This document shows positions 32,281 through 45,358 of a stretch of 64,000 nucleotides of DNA, piece by piece. Numbering within the stretch: the stretch's first letter is position 1; each line of letters begins with the position of its first letter. The stretch comes from Amphiscolops sp. MND2022 (taxonomy: Eukaryota): positions 43,836,001 to 43,900,000 of the forward strand of contig OZ076409.1 in NCBI GenBank assembly GCA_964187785.1, in the 5' to 3' direction. Under the pieces are notes generated by a model, which worked only from the letters and a program-made list of their open reading frames with translations, was not told the DNA's origin and did no database searches. The translations under genes were made by a program, and so were the position numbers.

Positions 32281-33715
32281 CTAGGACAATTTTCTTAACA
32301 TCTTTAATTGAAATTATCTGTTCCTCCAACCAATTCATTTATCTAGGAAAATTGTACGATATAATAATGTTAGAGAAAACCATATCAGATTCAATATTAA
32401 AATTTTCATCAAAATAAAATCTTATCCTTTTATCATCTTCTGAAGTCGTTTCTTCCAATAAATCCCAACCATCACTTTGTTCTTTGGCAGGTAAAGTAAC
32501 TTTATCTTTTCATTGATCATCCAGTGTTTGATATTGTAGTCTAAATCGACACATATTGATACCATATGTATGATACCAAAGTTTGACCTTTATAATGTTT
32601 TGATGTTTAGCATATGTAATATGAGCATATCTATTGACACCATTATTTGGAGTAAATGCTTCAATGAAAGCTTGGTGGTTACCAATTGGGGGTAGAGTTT
32701 CGGGTCCCATTCCCGTTGAGGCGGTATTAGAATCAGAAGCTTTGAAAAATCCAGCAAAAGAGGTCATTCCAATAGCAAGTTCTAGATCACAGTCTAAATA
32801 TAAATCTGTTCCAGTATTGTTTGTGAATTCCAGTATCATTTGAAGTACATCATATACAAAATTATCAACATATTGTTTTGTAGCAAGTGGAAAAGATAAT
32901 TTTCCACTCGTTGTTTTGATGATTAAGGGAACGATATTGGATGTGTCTGATACCAGACTATCCTGTTTCAATCCACTATCAACATACTTCTTGTTTACTA
33001 CATCACTATCATTTATGGGGTAATCCACATTTGTATTTATATGGTTATTAAATCATTACCTCTATCTGTTCAATCTAAATTTGTATTTAAAGGGATTTAG
33101 AAAATAGTTTTAGGGGTAGTCAAATTACTTTCTAATGTAATATAGTCTTTTCCATCAAGATTTAGTTTTTCATCTTGATGTAATCTCAAAAGAGAAAACT
33201 CATCATTACTTGTTGTTACAAATTCACTAACAACAGATTTGGGTACTATGTTATCAATTTCATAGTCATTAAAAATTGTTTAGTAGGATCTATGTTAAGA
33301 GAAAACACAGGGTTTACTTTATTGATTTTAACGAAAGAACTTTCATCTATTAAAGTATCAGTATATTGTTTAGTTGATAATTCTAAATCATATTTCAGAT
33401 CTCTATCCACGTAAACACTTTCGCAAACCAAAATTGTTTTACCAATAAAATTATTCTTTTTATTTGCTCTCACAGTTGTTGTATTGTCAAATTCACTATT
33501 GGGGACTGAGTCAAGTGTTTTGCTGTCTACATAGTGTTTTGTAGCAGGATCTTGAATAACTGTTGGATTTGGAAGATTTATTATTTTAAACTGATTTTCA
33601 TATCAATAACTTCCTCAAGGTTTCATTCGCAGTAGTTAGCTCGGATGTATGTTTTGGTTACTCCAGAAGCACTCGCTGAGGTGCTAGAAATCGATCTTCC
33701 GAATTTATCTGTCAT
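32281..33715 (-). pseudogene. Fibre/spike-like protein with repeated (A/V)xKxYVD motifs
   Basis: MTDKFGR start; PATKHYVD, STKQYTD, VNKKYVD and ATKQYVD repeats; beta-rich C-terminal domain. Confidence 0.65.
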
Positions 33716-34124
33716 TTATTATCTTCATAATTGTTCTATAAAAACTATTGTCTTGCATGAGAAATAAGAAGAAGAGGCAGTAACTCGCACAGTTAGCATC
33801 GTTTATGTTCTGTATCGAGTTCGATGAGATGTAGCGTTCGCAGAAGTTTTGGGGATGACGTTCTGCAAGCTGGTTTGAGATTATTCTTGGAGGCTCTGCA
33901 GAAGCTATCGAAGTATATTTTTTTTGGAAAGCGATCCAGTGGGTACCATTTTTATAATCATCTGTTAAGTTTATACCTCCTTGATTAGAAGTTAATTTAT
34001 CTGTTCGTAGATAGATATTAAAATCTTTTAGACCTAATTTATTGGCGACTTCTAATATCTTAGCGCTCGATGTCGATTCTTTTTTTAAATTGTGTCTTTT
34101 CATGAAGTTGTTTAAAGTACTCAT
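33705..34124 (-). pseudogene. Adenain-like protease
   Basis: GTHWIAF and IQNINDANCASYC; the Asp motif region is locally frameshifted. Confidence 0.85.
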
Positions 34125-34350
34125 TTACATTCCGGAAAAAGAGGGGGGTTTTCCTTCTTCTTTTCGTGACTGTGTTTTTTTTGGTTTTGTGATCTCCGAC
34201 AATCACAATTCACATATCGGCAGTTTGTACAAATCTCTTTTTCAAAGGAGCTCATATCCATTTAATAGGTTGACTTCTCGAGCTTTTCTGAAAGGATATT
34301 CATCAATTCATTTACCAAGATAGCATGTTGTTCATTCATGTTTATTTGAA

Positions 34351-35626
34351 TTAGACGAGATCGAAGTGCCTTGCACCATCACTTGAAACGCTGATAATTT
34401 TCTGAGTTAAAACTAGAGTTACAGCTTGATAGTTGTTGGCAACAACATCAACACCAGCTCTTAATTCAAAATTCACTCTTATTGGCTGAGCAGCTGGGTT
34501 ATCTCTCTGAGCTCTGAGATCTAATACATAAAGATTAAACAGCTCTTTAAAATCTTATGTAGGGACTAACTTCTCCCTTGATGTAATCTTTGTAAAACCT
34601 TCGAACTTCGTTGTAAACCTCATTATTTTTATTTCTCTGATAATCAATCTGAAATTCATGATCGGGGTATCTCACACACCCGACAATGCAAGTAGCTTCA
34701 ATGACATCTAGTCGGTCAAAGATTGCGTTATACTGATCTTGATCTGGTCCAGTTCTCGCAGCTGATTGAAATCCAACGATAACAAATATAGGTACGTCAC
34801 TACTACTCTCAACACCAATCTCCATCATCCAATTGTTGTTCGAGTTCACAGGTTTATAGCTAATCATCCTTGAAACATATGAATGCTCAGTATTCTTCTT
34901 AGCGAGAATGTGCTAAGATATTGTCGAAAGAGATATTGTCAAACGATGGCGTGTCAAGTCTCACGTACCAGACGATATCTTTACTTTCAAGTTTGGGTAC
35001 ATCACCAATTGTTCGATATATGCTGTTCCCGCTGTCAGCTCGCTTCATTCTGAGGGTAAAACCTAAACCAAAGTTTCATTTATCCAGATGTCTTATCAAT
35101 CCAAACACATCTTTCAGATAAACTCTGGTGAAGATCGTTCCTTTTTCGTCGTTATCATTAAGCATTCTGTTTTTTTTGATACTATCGATTGCGCATGGGG
35201 TTTCCCTTTTATAGATTATCATCGTATCTTCTTCATTATCAGATAAAACTTCATACATTAGGCTACCAAAATAGACATGATCGACGCGGTCTCTAGTTTT
35301 TTCGAACCAAATGACGAAAAACTCATTTCTCTGAATGAACTTTTCCCGAACAAATTGTTTGGATGAATAGCATCATTATCAGCGTATAACGTATCATTTG
35401 CATTTTCAACTATATGAGTTTCAATTTCTAGATATGAATCTCTTAGATCAGCAAAGACATCTTCTCGTGGTATTAGAATGTTGAAGGGACTCTTTCCATT
35501 TACTGCTACTAGAGATGTTGGGCGATATGGGTCATAATCTGATTTAAGTTTTGTTCCATCAATGACTTCAGGTCTATCAAGTTGGTAGTAGGATGATTGT
35601 GTTATCTCTTCAAATCCGTTCTCTAT
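34351..35626 (-). pseudogene. Major capsid protein
   Basis: IPREDVFADL, YLKDVFG, PIFVIVGFQ, AQPIRV...SSDGARHFDLV*. Confidence 0.88.
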
Positions 35627-35738
35627 TTATGAATTAGAATAAGGTGATTTATTTTTGTAGATCACCGAGAACCCCATTCCAGTTAATCTTCTTAGCTTCT
35701 CATAATTTTACCTGGTTGATTTAGTTTCATTTTCTATC

Positions 35739-36512
35739 TTACGCAAAGGAGTGTTTTGAGTTTTAGAACTTGGGTTGAGAATTACCATCGTCATCCTCCA
35801 TCCAGAACTCTATAGAATCAAGTTTTTGTTTGAATGTATGTTTATAGAGAACGAGGTTGGGTTCTCGAACAACTTTAGCTCCTGGCGGTTCATTTAGAAC
35901 TACGGAGAACAAAATGTTTGAGGGGTATCCGCTTCGCAGAGAACCAATAATACAGTCACACCAAAGGTGAAGTCGGTGTAAGTCGATTATGTTGACCTTA
36001 TTATTAGAGTAAACATATGATTCGGTTAGTATTATAGAAACAAATCCTTAAAGGTCTCTCAAAGTACCAGGTTGAGAAAAATCGATATTAAATCCAAATT
36101 CAAGGTGTATGAAAGAGTGAAAGGTGGCAGTGTTGTTTTCAAGTACTATAGGATTAACACTTAAAGATTTGGCTTCAACTTGAAGTTGTCTAGAGATCTC
36201 ATCATTATTCTATTCAATTCCATAGGCCCCACGAAGAAGGACGAGTACCTTCCAATAAAGTAGCCACTCAAAGACTATGATTTTATTGTTTTTAGATGTT
36301 ATAGTAAAAATAGAGATGTATGTGTTAAAATATGAGACACCAATTACGTAAGTGCCATCTGTTAGATCAATGCTATCTTGAAGGTCGATCTTAATGTGAT
36401 TTGTTTCATATTTAACTTCTAAAGGTATTTGAGGTAGAGGGCGACTATTTTTTTCCATTTCAGTCAATATCTTTTCCCTTTACTCAATAAAAATCTTCAT
36501 TACTTTTTTCAT
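35739..36512 (-). pseudogene. Minor capsid protein/penton
   Basis: HLWCDCIIGS, PPGAKVVREPNLVLYK. Confidence 0.8.
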
Positions 36513-37330
36513 ATTCAATTTCTGTAGTCTGTTTCATTCTTTAAAGTTCTTGTAGTACGCCTGAAGCTTCACGAAATGCGTTTGATTTACCTGTCAGTGA
36601 TTCTCCTACGAGGACTTCAAATCGTTCATCTAAAACATTTGAAACTGAAGATAGTAAAATGAAGTTCGTACCATCTCCATCAGTTTCTTGAATGTTAGAT
36701 TGTCTGAAGGATTTAAGGATCTTGTATAAGTTAGATCGCCTATCTCGTTCTAAACCACCTGCATAATCAACGAAAAAGTAGAGCGCATCATATTCTTGAT
36801 GGGTGAAATTACTTGAATATAATGTATCACCTTTATGGAATATTTTAAAGAAACTTGGTGATATCCTAAATTCCTTATCATATTTTATTCTGTCATAGTA
36901 AACTTCGAATGGTTTATCATTGATTTTATAGTTATTAAAATCTTTTTTAATAAACTTCGTCTGTTTGTGGGTGTTAGTTTGATTCAAGAGGGAGGATATT
37001 ATGTCAAAAATCTCACCAATAATTACTTTCGGTTGAAGATTATCTTTATGCTCCAATGCTTCTCATGTTGGAGATTTTTTTGCAGGTGTAGTGATTTCTT
37101 CTAACATTTTTGTTTGGTCTTTGATGGCTCTCGTTTGGTCTGCTTGACCTTTTTTGGTAACTTCAGTTTGATTTTCTTGAAGTTTCAAGATTGGTGCATA
37201 TTCTTCTGCTAGATCATAGTTAAGGGTTGCTTTTGAATCTTTCTGTTCAGTCTTTGTTTTTTGATCCCTTTTCTTCGATTGATGAGTCTTTTCAATTTAT
37301 CAAGTTCTTCTATATTCTTTGGTGTGTAGA
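36480..37330 (-). pseudogene. Homologue of conserved Polinton protein 7436..8356
   Basis: YDLAEEYAPI and ILLSS.SNVLDERFEVLVGE...G.SN. Confidence 0.65.
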
Positions 37331-37339
37331 ACCTAATTT

Positions 37340-37885
37340 AAAAAACCTAAAATATTCATACTCATAAAGTTTTTCATTTTGGATGGTTAAATAGTGCTCA
37401 AGGTAATTTGCACCCTTCTTACGATTATCATGTTTTAAAAGGGGTTGGATACTCGAAAAACGAGTAGCTTCTTTATATTGATTGGGATCTGTTAGATCGA
37501 ATGATGATAGAGATCAAACGTGGTCGAGATCTATTTTCTTCCAAATCATATCGGGACTCATTAGATATTTTAAGTAGTTTTTGCATTCTTCGAACGAAAT
37601 TCCCAGTAACTCTTCAGTTTTGGAATTCTTTTTAATTACTTGTTTTAGTACTGCTTGATATAATCGTGAGCACAAAGTACATGCTATTCTAAAAGTTTCA
37701 TCTTCGGCTCTTCTTCTCTTCTGGTTACGATTGCATTTTTCGCGATTGTTTTTCAACCATTGGGATGCTTGGAAAGAATTGCATCTCTTGCAAAGAGAGT
37801 GAAGATTATCCTTTGACCTTGAGTTCTTGTTGAAGTCAGTAGAATATTTTTAAACTTCACACTTTGAGCACTTTTTCAAATCCAT
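37340..37885 (-). pseudogene. HNH endonuclease 3
   Basis: KKCSKC...LCKRC, KTEELLG, IDLDHV.SLSSFDL, IQPLLKHDNRKKG. Confidence 0.82.
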
Positions 37886-37914
37886 ATTTATTATAAAATG
37901 ATAATTTCAATAAA

Positions 37915-38645
37915 ATGGATCGCTAGAAGGTAGAAAGAAAACGAAGATTTTGGCGGTACTTGCCATCATCTTTTTTTCGTCAAATCAATGGTTATGAAGT
38001 TGAAGTCTTCGCTCCATACAATGTTGCAAAAATCTTTGAATTCCTTTATTAGCATATCAGTTGATGTTAATTGACGATGTATGCTTTCGACGTTTGCAAA
38101 ATTATTTGTGATGAAGTGATGGATGATTGTAGAGTTTTCTCGAATAGTATCTTTGGGATGTTCGTAGAAGCCATGAGTGATGACGAAGGTTGAAAGGTTA
38201 TTGTATTTTGAATAACATCTGTACTCTTTCATCGTTTAACTGTGGCTTCTTCAAGTCGTCGAGTATAATTACGTTGTGAAGATCTGGACCGTAATCTTGA
38301 GCGTTTTTCAATTCGTTATTGTCTTCATAACTTTCACATTCTATTTGTTATGATTCGAAGTCTTCATCAATAATAAATTCTTTTATTGTTCTGTCTAATT
38401 CATCAAGAGGTATGCCTTCTCTGAGAATATTTTGTATGACATTCAAAGGAAGAAATTTGTTGAAGCACCCAATTATCGTTCTGTAAACTGGTTCATGAAT
38501 CGTTGAAAAAATAAATGAAAATCTAATCAAAGTTTTTGATGATGTTGAGGAGAATCTTGAAAAAAGAATTGATTTTCCCACTTGCTGATTAACCTGAGAT
38601 AATACAGCGCACAGGAGGTTCAAGGTAGAGATATTTTTCCATCAT
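37915..38645 (-). pseudogene. Packaging ATPase
   Basis: RCIISG.SASGK (Walker A), IILDDL (Walker B), PKDTIRENS. Confidence 0.85.
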
Positions 38646-38652
38646 TTATGTT

Positions 38653-38991
38653 TTAGAAATGTGTGGTGGTCTCGTTGGTTGTATCTGTTGTTGTTGTAGA
38701 TGTTTCATTGGGTGTACCTGTTGTTGTAGCTGTTGTTGTAGATGTTTCATAAGGTGTACCTATTGTTGAAGCTGTTGTTGTAGAGGTTTCATTGGATGAT
38801 TGTGTTGTTGTAAATGTTTCGTTAGTTGTACCTGTTGTTGTAGATGTTTCATTAGGTGAAAGTGTTGTTGTAAATGTTTCGTTAGGTGTACCTGTTGTTG
38901 TAGATGTTTCATTTAATGTATTAGTTAGAAATATAAAGATAATTGGTGAGAACATTGTCAAGATTAAGATATTAAAAATGAAAAACGCCAA
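38653..38991 (-). CDS. Signal-anchored Thr-rich mucin-like protein with NET repeats
   Basis: Hydrophobic N-terminus followed by ~30-bp repeats (NETSTTTGTP); start codon uncertain. Confidence 0.6.
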   Translation of the reverse strand: MAFFIFNILILTMFSPIIFIFLTNTLNETSTTTGTPNETFTTTLSPNETSTTTGTTNETFTTTQSSNETSTTTASTIGTPYETSTTTATTTGTPNETSTTTTDTTNETTTHF

Positions 38992-39252
38992 CAGAAATTG
39001 TATTAAAAGGGGGTGTTCGTTTCAAACTTTTTCGTTTTTATAGATTAAAATGTTTATTTTATGTTTGACTAGAAAGGATATGTTCATTTAGTTTTTCCTC
39101 AATCTCATCTCCCTTTGCTTTTGTTCTTTGAAGGTTTGCAATTGAAACAATTTTTTATAAAAGTCTGTGATTGGTTTGTTTATTTTGCAGGTTGTGCAAG
39201 ATTTTGTTTAAATATTTAAAAGAAATAGTTTTTTGCTCAATTAATTGTTGGG

Positions 39253-39487
39253 GATTTGACGTTAGCGCGAGAATGTTGTGAGTGATGTGAGGGTGAGCGA
39301 GGGAGTGCCCTTGAGTTTGGTGTTAAGCTTAAGTAGTAGGGAAAGGGGGATTTGACGTTAGCTCGAGGTCGCCATGAGCGAAGCGGATTTCGAAGCATGG
39401 GGTTGAAGCCGAAGAGGGAGCGTGAACGATGAGGCGAGGCGCCATGCGTCCTTGCGTCTGGCGTCAAATCCCCCTTTCCCTACTACT
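39253..39487 (-). repeat. Right TIR of Maverick B with internal hairpin (39332..39487)
   Basis: Inverted copy of 22526..22759. Confidence 0.95.
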
Positions 39488-41525
39488 GAAGTCGTTCTGA
39501 TGAAGATTTTAAGTACCAAATGGTAAATTACTAGTTAACATTCTTATTTAGCATGCTTTCATTTTTGTTTGCCTAATTAAAACTTTTAGAGTTTTACAAA
39601 ACTTCTCAATCAAAACTTTTTGGTGATTTTTAATCAAAAATCACTGATTTGGAAAAAAAATCGCCAACTTTTCAATTTTGCTTCGACTATTTTGGGATCA
39701 TTTTGAGGCTCTTTTCTAACGTGAAACTGCAACTGACCTTCAACAAGCCAAATGAATAACGCGAAAGTGGAACAGATGGAAATTTTACAAAACATCCAAA
39801 AACTTTTTACAAGAAACGATGAAATTGGGTTTCGTCCTTCTTTACTCATACGGATCATTTTGAAGTGCTTTGAAGCTAGCCACTGCATTTCTCCTTCGAA
39901 AACCATACTGTAAAGCTAGTTACCTAGTTTGTTCGTCTTTGGGTGTTTTGAACCTTCTTACCGACAATTATCTCTAGAAATTATACACAAATTGCATGAA
40001 AAACCACAAACTGGGAAGACTTTGTTTTTCCAACTTTTGGGGTGTATTTGAAAAACATCTCTAAGGATAATTTATTCTTGTAAATGCCCAATGGGCAAAA
40101 TTTTTAAATGTCGATGAAACTTTTCAGTTTTCTTCACAAAAGTTTCAAAATTTTGAAAACAAAAATTGCGTTGAAAAACTCAAACGTTTTAAATAATTTT
40201 CACTCTATGTATATTTTGGGGTCATTTTGAGGATATTTTCGAACACGAAACTCCACCTGATTTTCAAAAAGTCTACTCTATTCTGCGTTCGTTTGCTGTT
40301 GAATGTTTTCATTCTTGAATTAAACGAAATTCACGAAACTTCCAACAAAACTTCTTCTTGAAAAACGTTTTGGATTTTCGACCCCTTTGGGTCTTTCTGA
40401 GATAAAGTTCTTCATGGAAATTTTAGAAAAACATACAAATGCGTATTGCATAGCTGGAATATTCGTCTGGAGCTTTGGGACCGTCTACTTCACGAAACGT
40501 TTCACAAACAACCACTAAAACTGTCAAAAATTGGAAAATTTCGATGTTTTCAACAATTTCGGGTCATTTCGAGACAATTTTCAAATACTTCCCACAAATG
40601 CCAACCGTATATCAACAGCAATCCTTGATGAACCATTGTTTTGTTTTAACCCTCGAAACAACTGGAAAAGTTCACAGATTTTGCGCAACCTTCGAACCTT
40701 CTTATTCTCAAAAACTGTACTTTATATAACAAGAAAAGCAAAATAAACTGAAATTTTTTGAATTTTTCTACTGTTTTGGTGTCAATTTGAAGCAAATTAT
40801 TATCAGAAAACTGCATTCTTCCTTTCAAAAAACCTACTGGACAAAGTTTTTTATTCTTCTTTCATGAAAACTCTTGACAATTTGACAAGAAACTTGGAAA
40901 AATTGTGAAGTTTGGAATTTTTGTCAATTTCGGTTGTGATCTGAGACTTTTTTATTGGAACAAAGCGTTTTATTCTTCAAAAAATCCAACCGGACAACAA
41001 ATTATTGCCTAGTTGAACAATTACAACATTCTAAGCTATCGGGTATTCGAAAATTTGACAAAAATTCTATAAAACGTAAATAATCTGAACTTCTTGGAAA
41101 TTTTGCCAATATCGGTCTCAGTTGCAGGCTTTTCCATTAAAAAATTGCATTTTTTTTTAAAAAAAGGCTCTTGGACAACGAATTCTTTCCATCTTGAAAG
41201 TTGTCAGTTTTCGAAACCACGAACTCTATCGAAAAATGGACAAAAGTTGCATAAGAACGGTAAAAATTGGAAAATTGTGCAGTTTCTGTCACTTTTGGGT
41301 TCATCTTTGGGTCTTTCTTGTGTCTTTGGGGTGAACTATAAAAGGCCACAAATCTCTACAAATACATATCGTTTGATACTAATTTCACAATAGTTGAATT
41401 CTTTGGGTGAAACCCTTTAAGTTGGAAATAAACTTGGAACATGACAATTTTTGTTTGAAAAAACACGGTTGATTCAGATAAATTCCTTTCTCATATGAAA
41501 TATGAACGGCAAATAAAAATGTTTG

Positions 41526-42874
41526 GACCATTTGCAATTCAAGTGAGAGAAAAGGCACATCCAAGTTAGTCAAAAAATACATTCAAGTGAGAACATGCCG
41601 TAAGTGACATTCAAGTGAGAATTCGAACATTCAAGTGAGAGAAAACGGAAACTCAAGTGAGAGTGTTCCTACTTTGTTCAGAGGCTCTCCAAATTTTTTC
41701 ATTCTGAACAACTACTCGTCCAAATCATGCCCTCCAAAGTCCCAGTTTTTGCCAAAAAAAAGAATTATCGCTGCATTTTTGAGCGGCGAAGAAAATTTTC
41801 TCGAAGTTGCCGAAATATTGAACGTGAATTCGAGCACGGCAAGCGTTATCAAAAATTTGATGATGAAAAGAAAGAAAAAGCAGCCGATATACTCGGCGAA
41901 AACCCCCTCATCACACTCAAGTGTATGAACGAACGACTGCGTTAGGAGCTCCCAGAAAAACCTCAAGTACATAAAAAAACATTAGCAAATGTCCGGGACG
42001 GACTTGCATAGACCCTCAAGCAACCGCGTGACGTACCGGCAGACAGAAACAGGGCCGATGTCATAAACGAGAGATATGAATATGCGAGGTGGCTAACCTC
42101 GTAATAAAGTAATAAACATTCACACAAAGAGGAACCAAGCACGCAGTATTAGAGGAACTAGGGCATGCCGCACCGTATCAGGACAGAAGGGACAGAACGT
42201 GACAGTTTGTTTGGGATTGTGTATTATGAGATATACAGAGGGGGCATGACCATGTCCAGATACCAACAATTCGTTGGGTTATGTTGTGGAAATCTGATAG
42301 CGGAAAATGTGTCAGGATAACCCCCCAGCACAAACCAGCCCATCGTGACATTGAATTGCTGAATATGGATCAAATTAGCTTCAGGCGTTAGCCAAAGTAC
42401 AGTCCATTTTTGAACCCCGTGGAAAAGGCCATTTCATGCTGGAAAAATGAGTTCAAGAATCAGCTCCCTTCAAGGCAAAACGAGTTCTTTGAGATGGCAC
42501 CTAATGGAGGAACGCTGGTCGATCAGAGATTCAATTTGATTTCAGAGATATTACAATCTACCAAACACGTAATAACTCCTGAAAAATGCAGAGCATGGAA
42601 ACAGTTCATACTTTCATACCTACCTTCTTTTCTGGCAAAAGAAAACATCGACGGCTGAAACATTCTTTCGAAACTTTACATGTTAATATAGAAATTCTTT
42701 CATTTAAATTACTCTATAATCGTTAATTTATGAACACTCACACTCGAATTTCCGTTTTCTCTCACTTGAATGTTCGATTTTTCACTTGAATGTCACTTAC
42801 GGCATGTTCTCTCTTGAATGTGCTTTTTCGCTCACTTGAATGTGCCTTTTCTCTCACTTGAATTGCAAATGGTG
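41526..42874 (+). mobile_element. Decayed IS630/Tc1-like DNA transposon with ~145-bp TIRs
   Basis: TIR (C/G)ACCATTTGCAATTCAAGTGAG.../...TTGCAAATGGTG followed by TA on the right; internal transposase fragments incl. HTH-like N-terminus and YSPFLNPVE. Confidence 0.85.
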
Positions 42875-44491
42875 TATTAAATTCATGAAAAACGCCATTG
42901 GTTATTTTCTGGAATAGTGCTCGAAGATCATTCAGTTTGCTTCATGATAAAAATGTAATAATTATGGATGTTAGAAATTCAAATTTATCAGTTGATTCAA
43001 ACTTTTTGACGAAATACTTCGCTGTTAAATGGACGTTTTTGTAAGTTGAAAAATTTCTCAGAGAATGATTTTCTTCAAATTCTCCGCAACACCGCGTCAT
43101 GGTGGTAAGAATGAGGAAATTCGTGAGTTCTTGCTCCAAATGTTTTTTGTTCCATGGCTTTCACTCTGCATAATGGACTAGAAAACTGACTTTTTTCATT
43201 ACTAACTTCATGTTTCACCCGACACGTATACAATTTTTTCAGAATACATCACGTGACAAGACTATATCAATATTTGACACCTAACAGATATAAGTGTTCA
43301 AAAGCTCCCTCTGTGAAACAAAAGTATTTTGCGGTCATGACCTCGCACTGTTTTTGTGTTGTCTCTTCTTATTTTCTTGGCACTCTAAGTAAAACTACAA
43401 ACGTACTAAGGTTCGATCTTGCCATCACTGCATTAAGTTTTCTTGAGCATTTTTTCTCCTGAAACCTTGGTAAAATGTTGTTCAATCTTGCTTCGTGTAA
43501 ACTTGTTGATTTCTTGAAGAAGGGGAAATTTTCCATGAACAAGAAATCATGTTAGCAGTCTAAGATCCGTGTAGGCAAGCACAGTGGTATCTCCGGTGTA
43601 CCATTCGTATCGAATTGGCTGCTCTTGCAGTGGCAGCCGCTAAACGGCCGGTAGACAGCCGGAGGAAACTTTGCAAGTTTTATACAAAATCATGCAAAAT
43701 TCGTAGTGTGACATCTATGATGTATTTCTTGCCAGTCCAGCATTTCACCTATCTGCTATCAGCACTTATATTTGGTTTGTTTTGACTGAGCTACAGCATT
43801 GCGATTTCAAGACAGATCGTGCCAAAAAGTCCTTCATGCTATGGGAAAATTAACGTAATTCGGATTCAATATTAGAACTTTTTCTGCCATTGCTTGAATT
43901 TATCTCGAAAAGTTTCCACCGGTCTAAACCGGCTGCGCGTCGACGGCTATGCCTAGAAATAGTGACTGATGATCTAAAATTGTCTCCTTAAATTGAATTT
44001 TATTGTTAATCCTTAAACCCGGTTTCATAATTACATATTTGTTCAACTCAATCGCGTCATTTCCCGTGTTGACATTTTCTCTCATTCTCAATAGCTGCAA
44101 AATGCACTAGACCATTTGAAGCTTTGTTTTCACGGTCAACAGTGAAACTTCATTAATAGTTTGTCCATGGATCGGAGCAATCATACTTTATGAATGAAAC
44201 ACTTTAACTCTTAGAGCCTGGAAATTCCACGCAAAGTTTACCTGGAGAAAGATTCAAGATGACAAGTTTGCGAGTCATGCTGCTAATGAAGGATGTCATA
44301 ATTATGTTCACAAATAATCTCCAAAATATCAATAACCAAAGACAACAAACATTTAAACAAAGCCATTCTCATTCAAACGAATAGGTGATCTTTAGTCGTT
44401 GCAAACTCCAACCATTGAGCCACGATTGAATAATTGTAGAAAATAAATACGCGGGGGTTAAATTATCTCTTGAACTTGAACTTACTGAACA

Positions 44492-45358
44492 ATGGCTTAC
44501 GAACGTGTGGCTCTCAAACTATGGTCTGTTATGGTTTTCGTTGCCTTTGGTTTGTGTTTTTATGCCTCTACTCATTGCGATTGGCTTGAGGGGATTGGCG
44601 GAAACAGTGACCATGATACGACAGGGGATCCAACCTCGGAAACATCAACAGAATCCGTTGCCACTTCAAGCAGTCAGGGGGTCTTAAGAAAATGTTCTTT
44701 CATAGGCGACGAGGTTGAAGAAGACGAAAGCACAGCTTTCCTCATGCTTGAAAACCCACCCACTAAACTGTGGAAAGCGTCTGCGGTTACTTTGGGAATG
44801 GCTAACGGTGTTGGCTTCGTTTCTTGTATCTTAGCCCTGGTTATTCTCATTTCATGCGCCAAGTGCACCGATAACATTATTGCCAGAATCCAACAGGTTG
44901 CATGCATAATCGTCTTGATTCTTGAAATCCTCGCTCTGGTCTTTTTCCTGGCTGGGATAGACAATGACGAAACGCATGGAAAGTGTGGCAGTAACTTCGG
45001 ATTTTTCAAATCTGGCAACTGCCGATGGGGTCAATCGATAAACCTGATGATTGCATCAGTTTCGATTCATTTAGCTGGTATTGTTTTATCTTTTATTCTC
45101 TGCTACGTTGGTAAAGTTCGTGATGCCAAAAAGAATTTAGATAGAGGTTTAAATGTGATAGGTATGAAGAAGAAGAAGGCGAATAAAAATTTCAAGTTTG
45201 ATCACTTTGGTGACGACTCAGATGAACCTGATACGTCAGATCCCTTGACAAAGGAGCAAACCGAACAGATTCTTCAGCAGATGGCGAAAAACCCTCAAAT
45301 GGCGCAATTACTGGCTCAAATAGCTTCTCAACCGAGTGGTGGTAGCAGCACCTCATAA
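44492..45358 (+). CDS. Host LHFPL/TMHS-like tetraspan membrane protein (claudin superfamily), single-exon ORF
   Basis: Four hydrophobic helices; W in the first loop, PTKLWKAS, CG...F..GNCRWG second-loop Cys pattern. Confidence 0.75.
   Translation: MAYERVALKLWSVMVFVAFGLCFYASTHCDWLEGIGGNSDHDTTGDPTSETSTESVATSSSQGVLRKCSFIGDEVEEDESTAFLMLENPPTKLWKASAVTLGMANGVGFVSCILALVILISCAKCTDNIIARIQQVACIIVLILEILALVFFLAGIDNDETHGKCGSNFGFFKSGNCRWGQSINLMIASVSIHLAGIVLSFILCYVGKVRDAKKNLDRGLNVIGMKKKKANKNFKFDHFGDDSDEPDTSDPLTKEQTEQILQQMAKNPQMAQLLAQIASQPSGGSSTS

Larger units (their letters stand above)
22526..39487 (-). mobile_element. Maverick/Polinton element B, full length (16,962 bp), decayed
   Basis: ~235-bp TIRs beginning AGTAGTAGGG; perfect 6-bp TSD GAAGTC at 22520-22525 and 39488-39493; complete but disrupted gene set. 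Confidence 0.97.

Noticed and set aside
43620..43960. Imperfect ~60-bp inverted repeat
   Set aside because: Too degenerate to define ends or a TSD; probably an old MITE.
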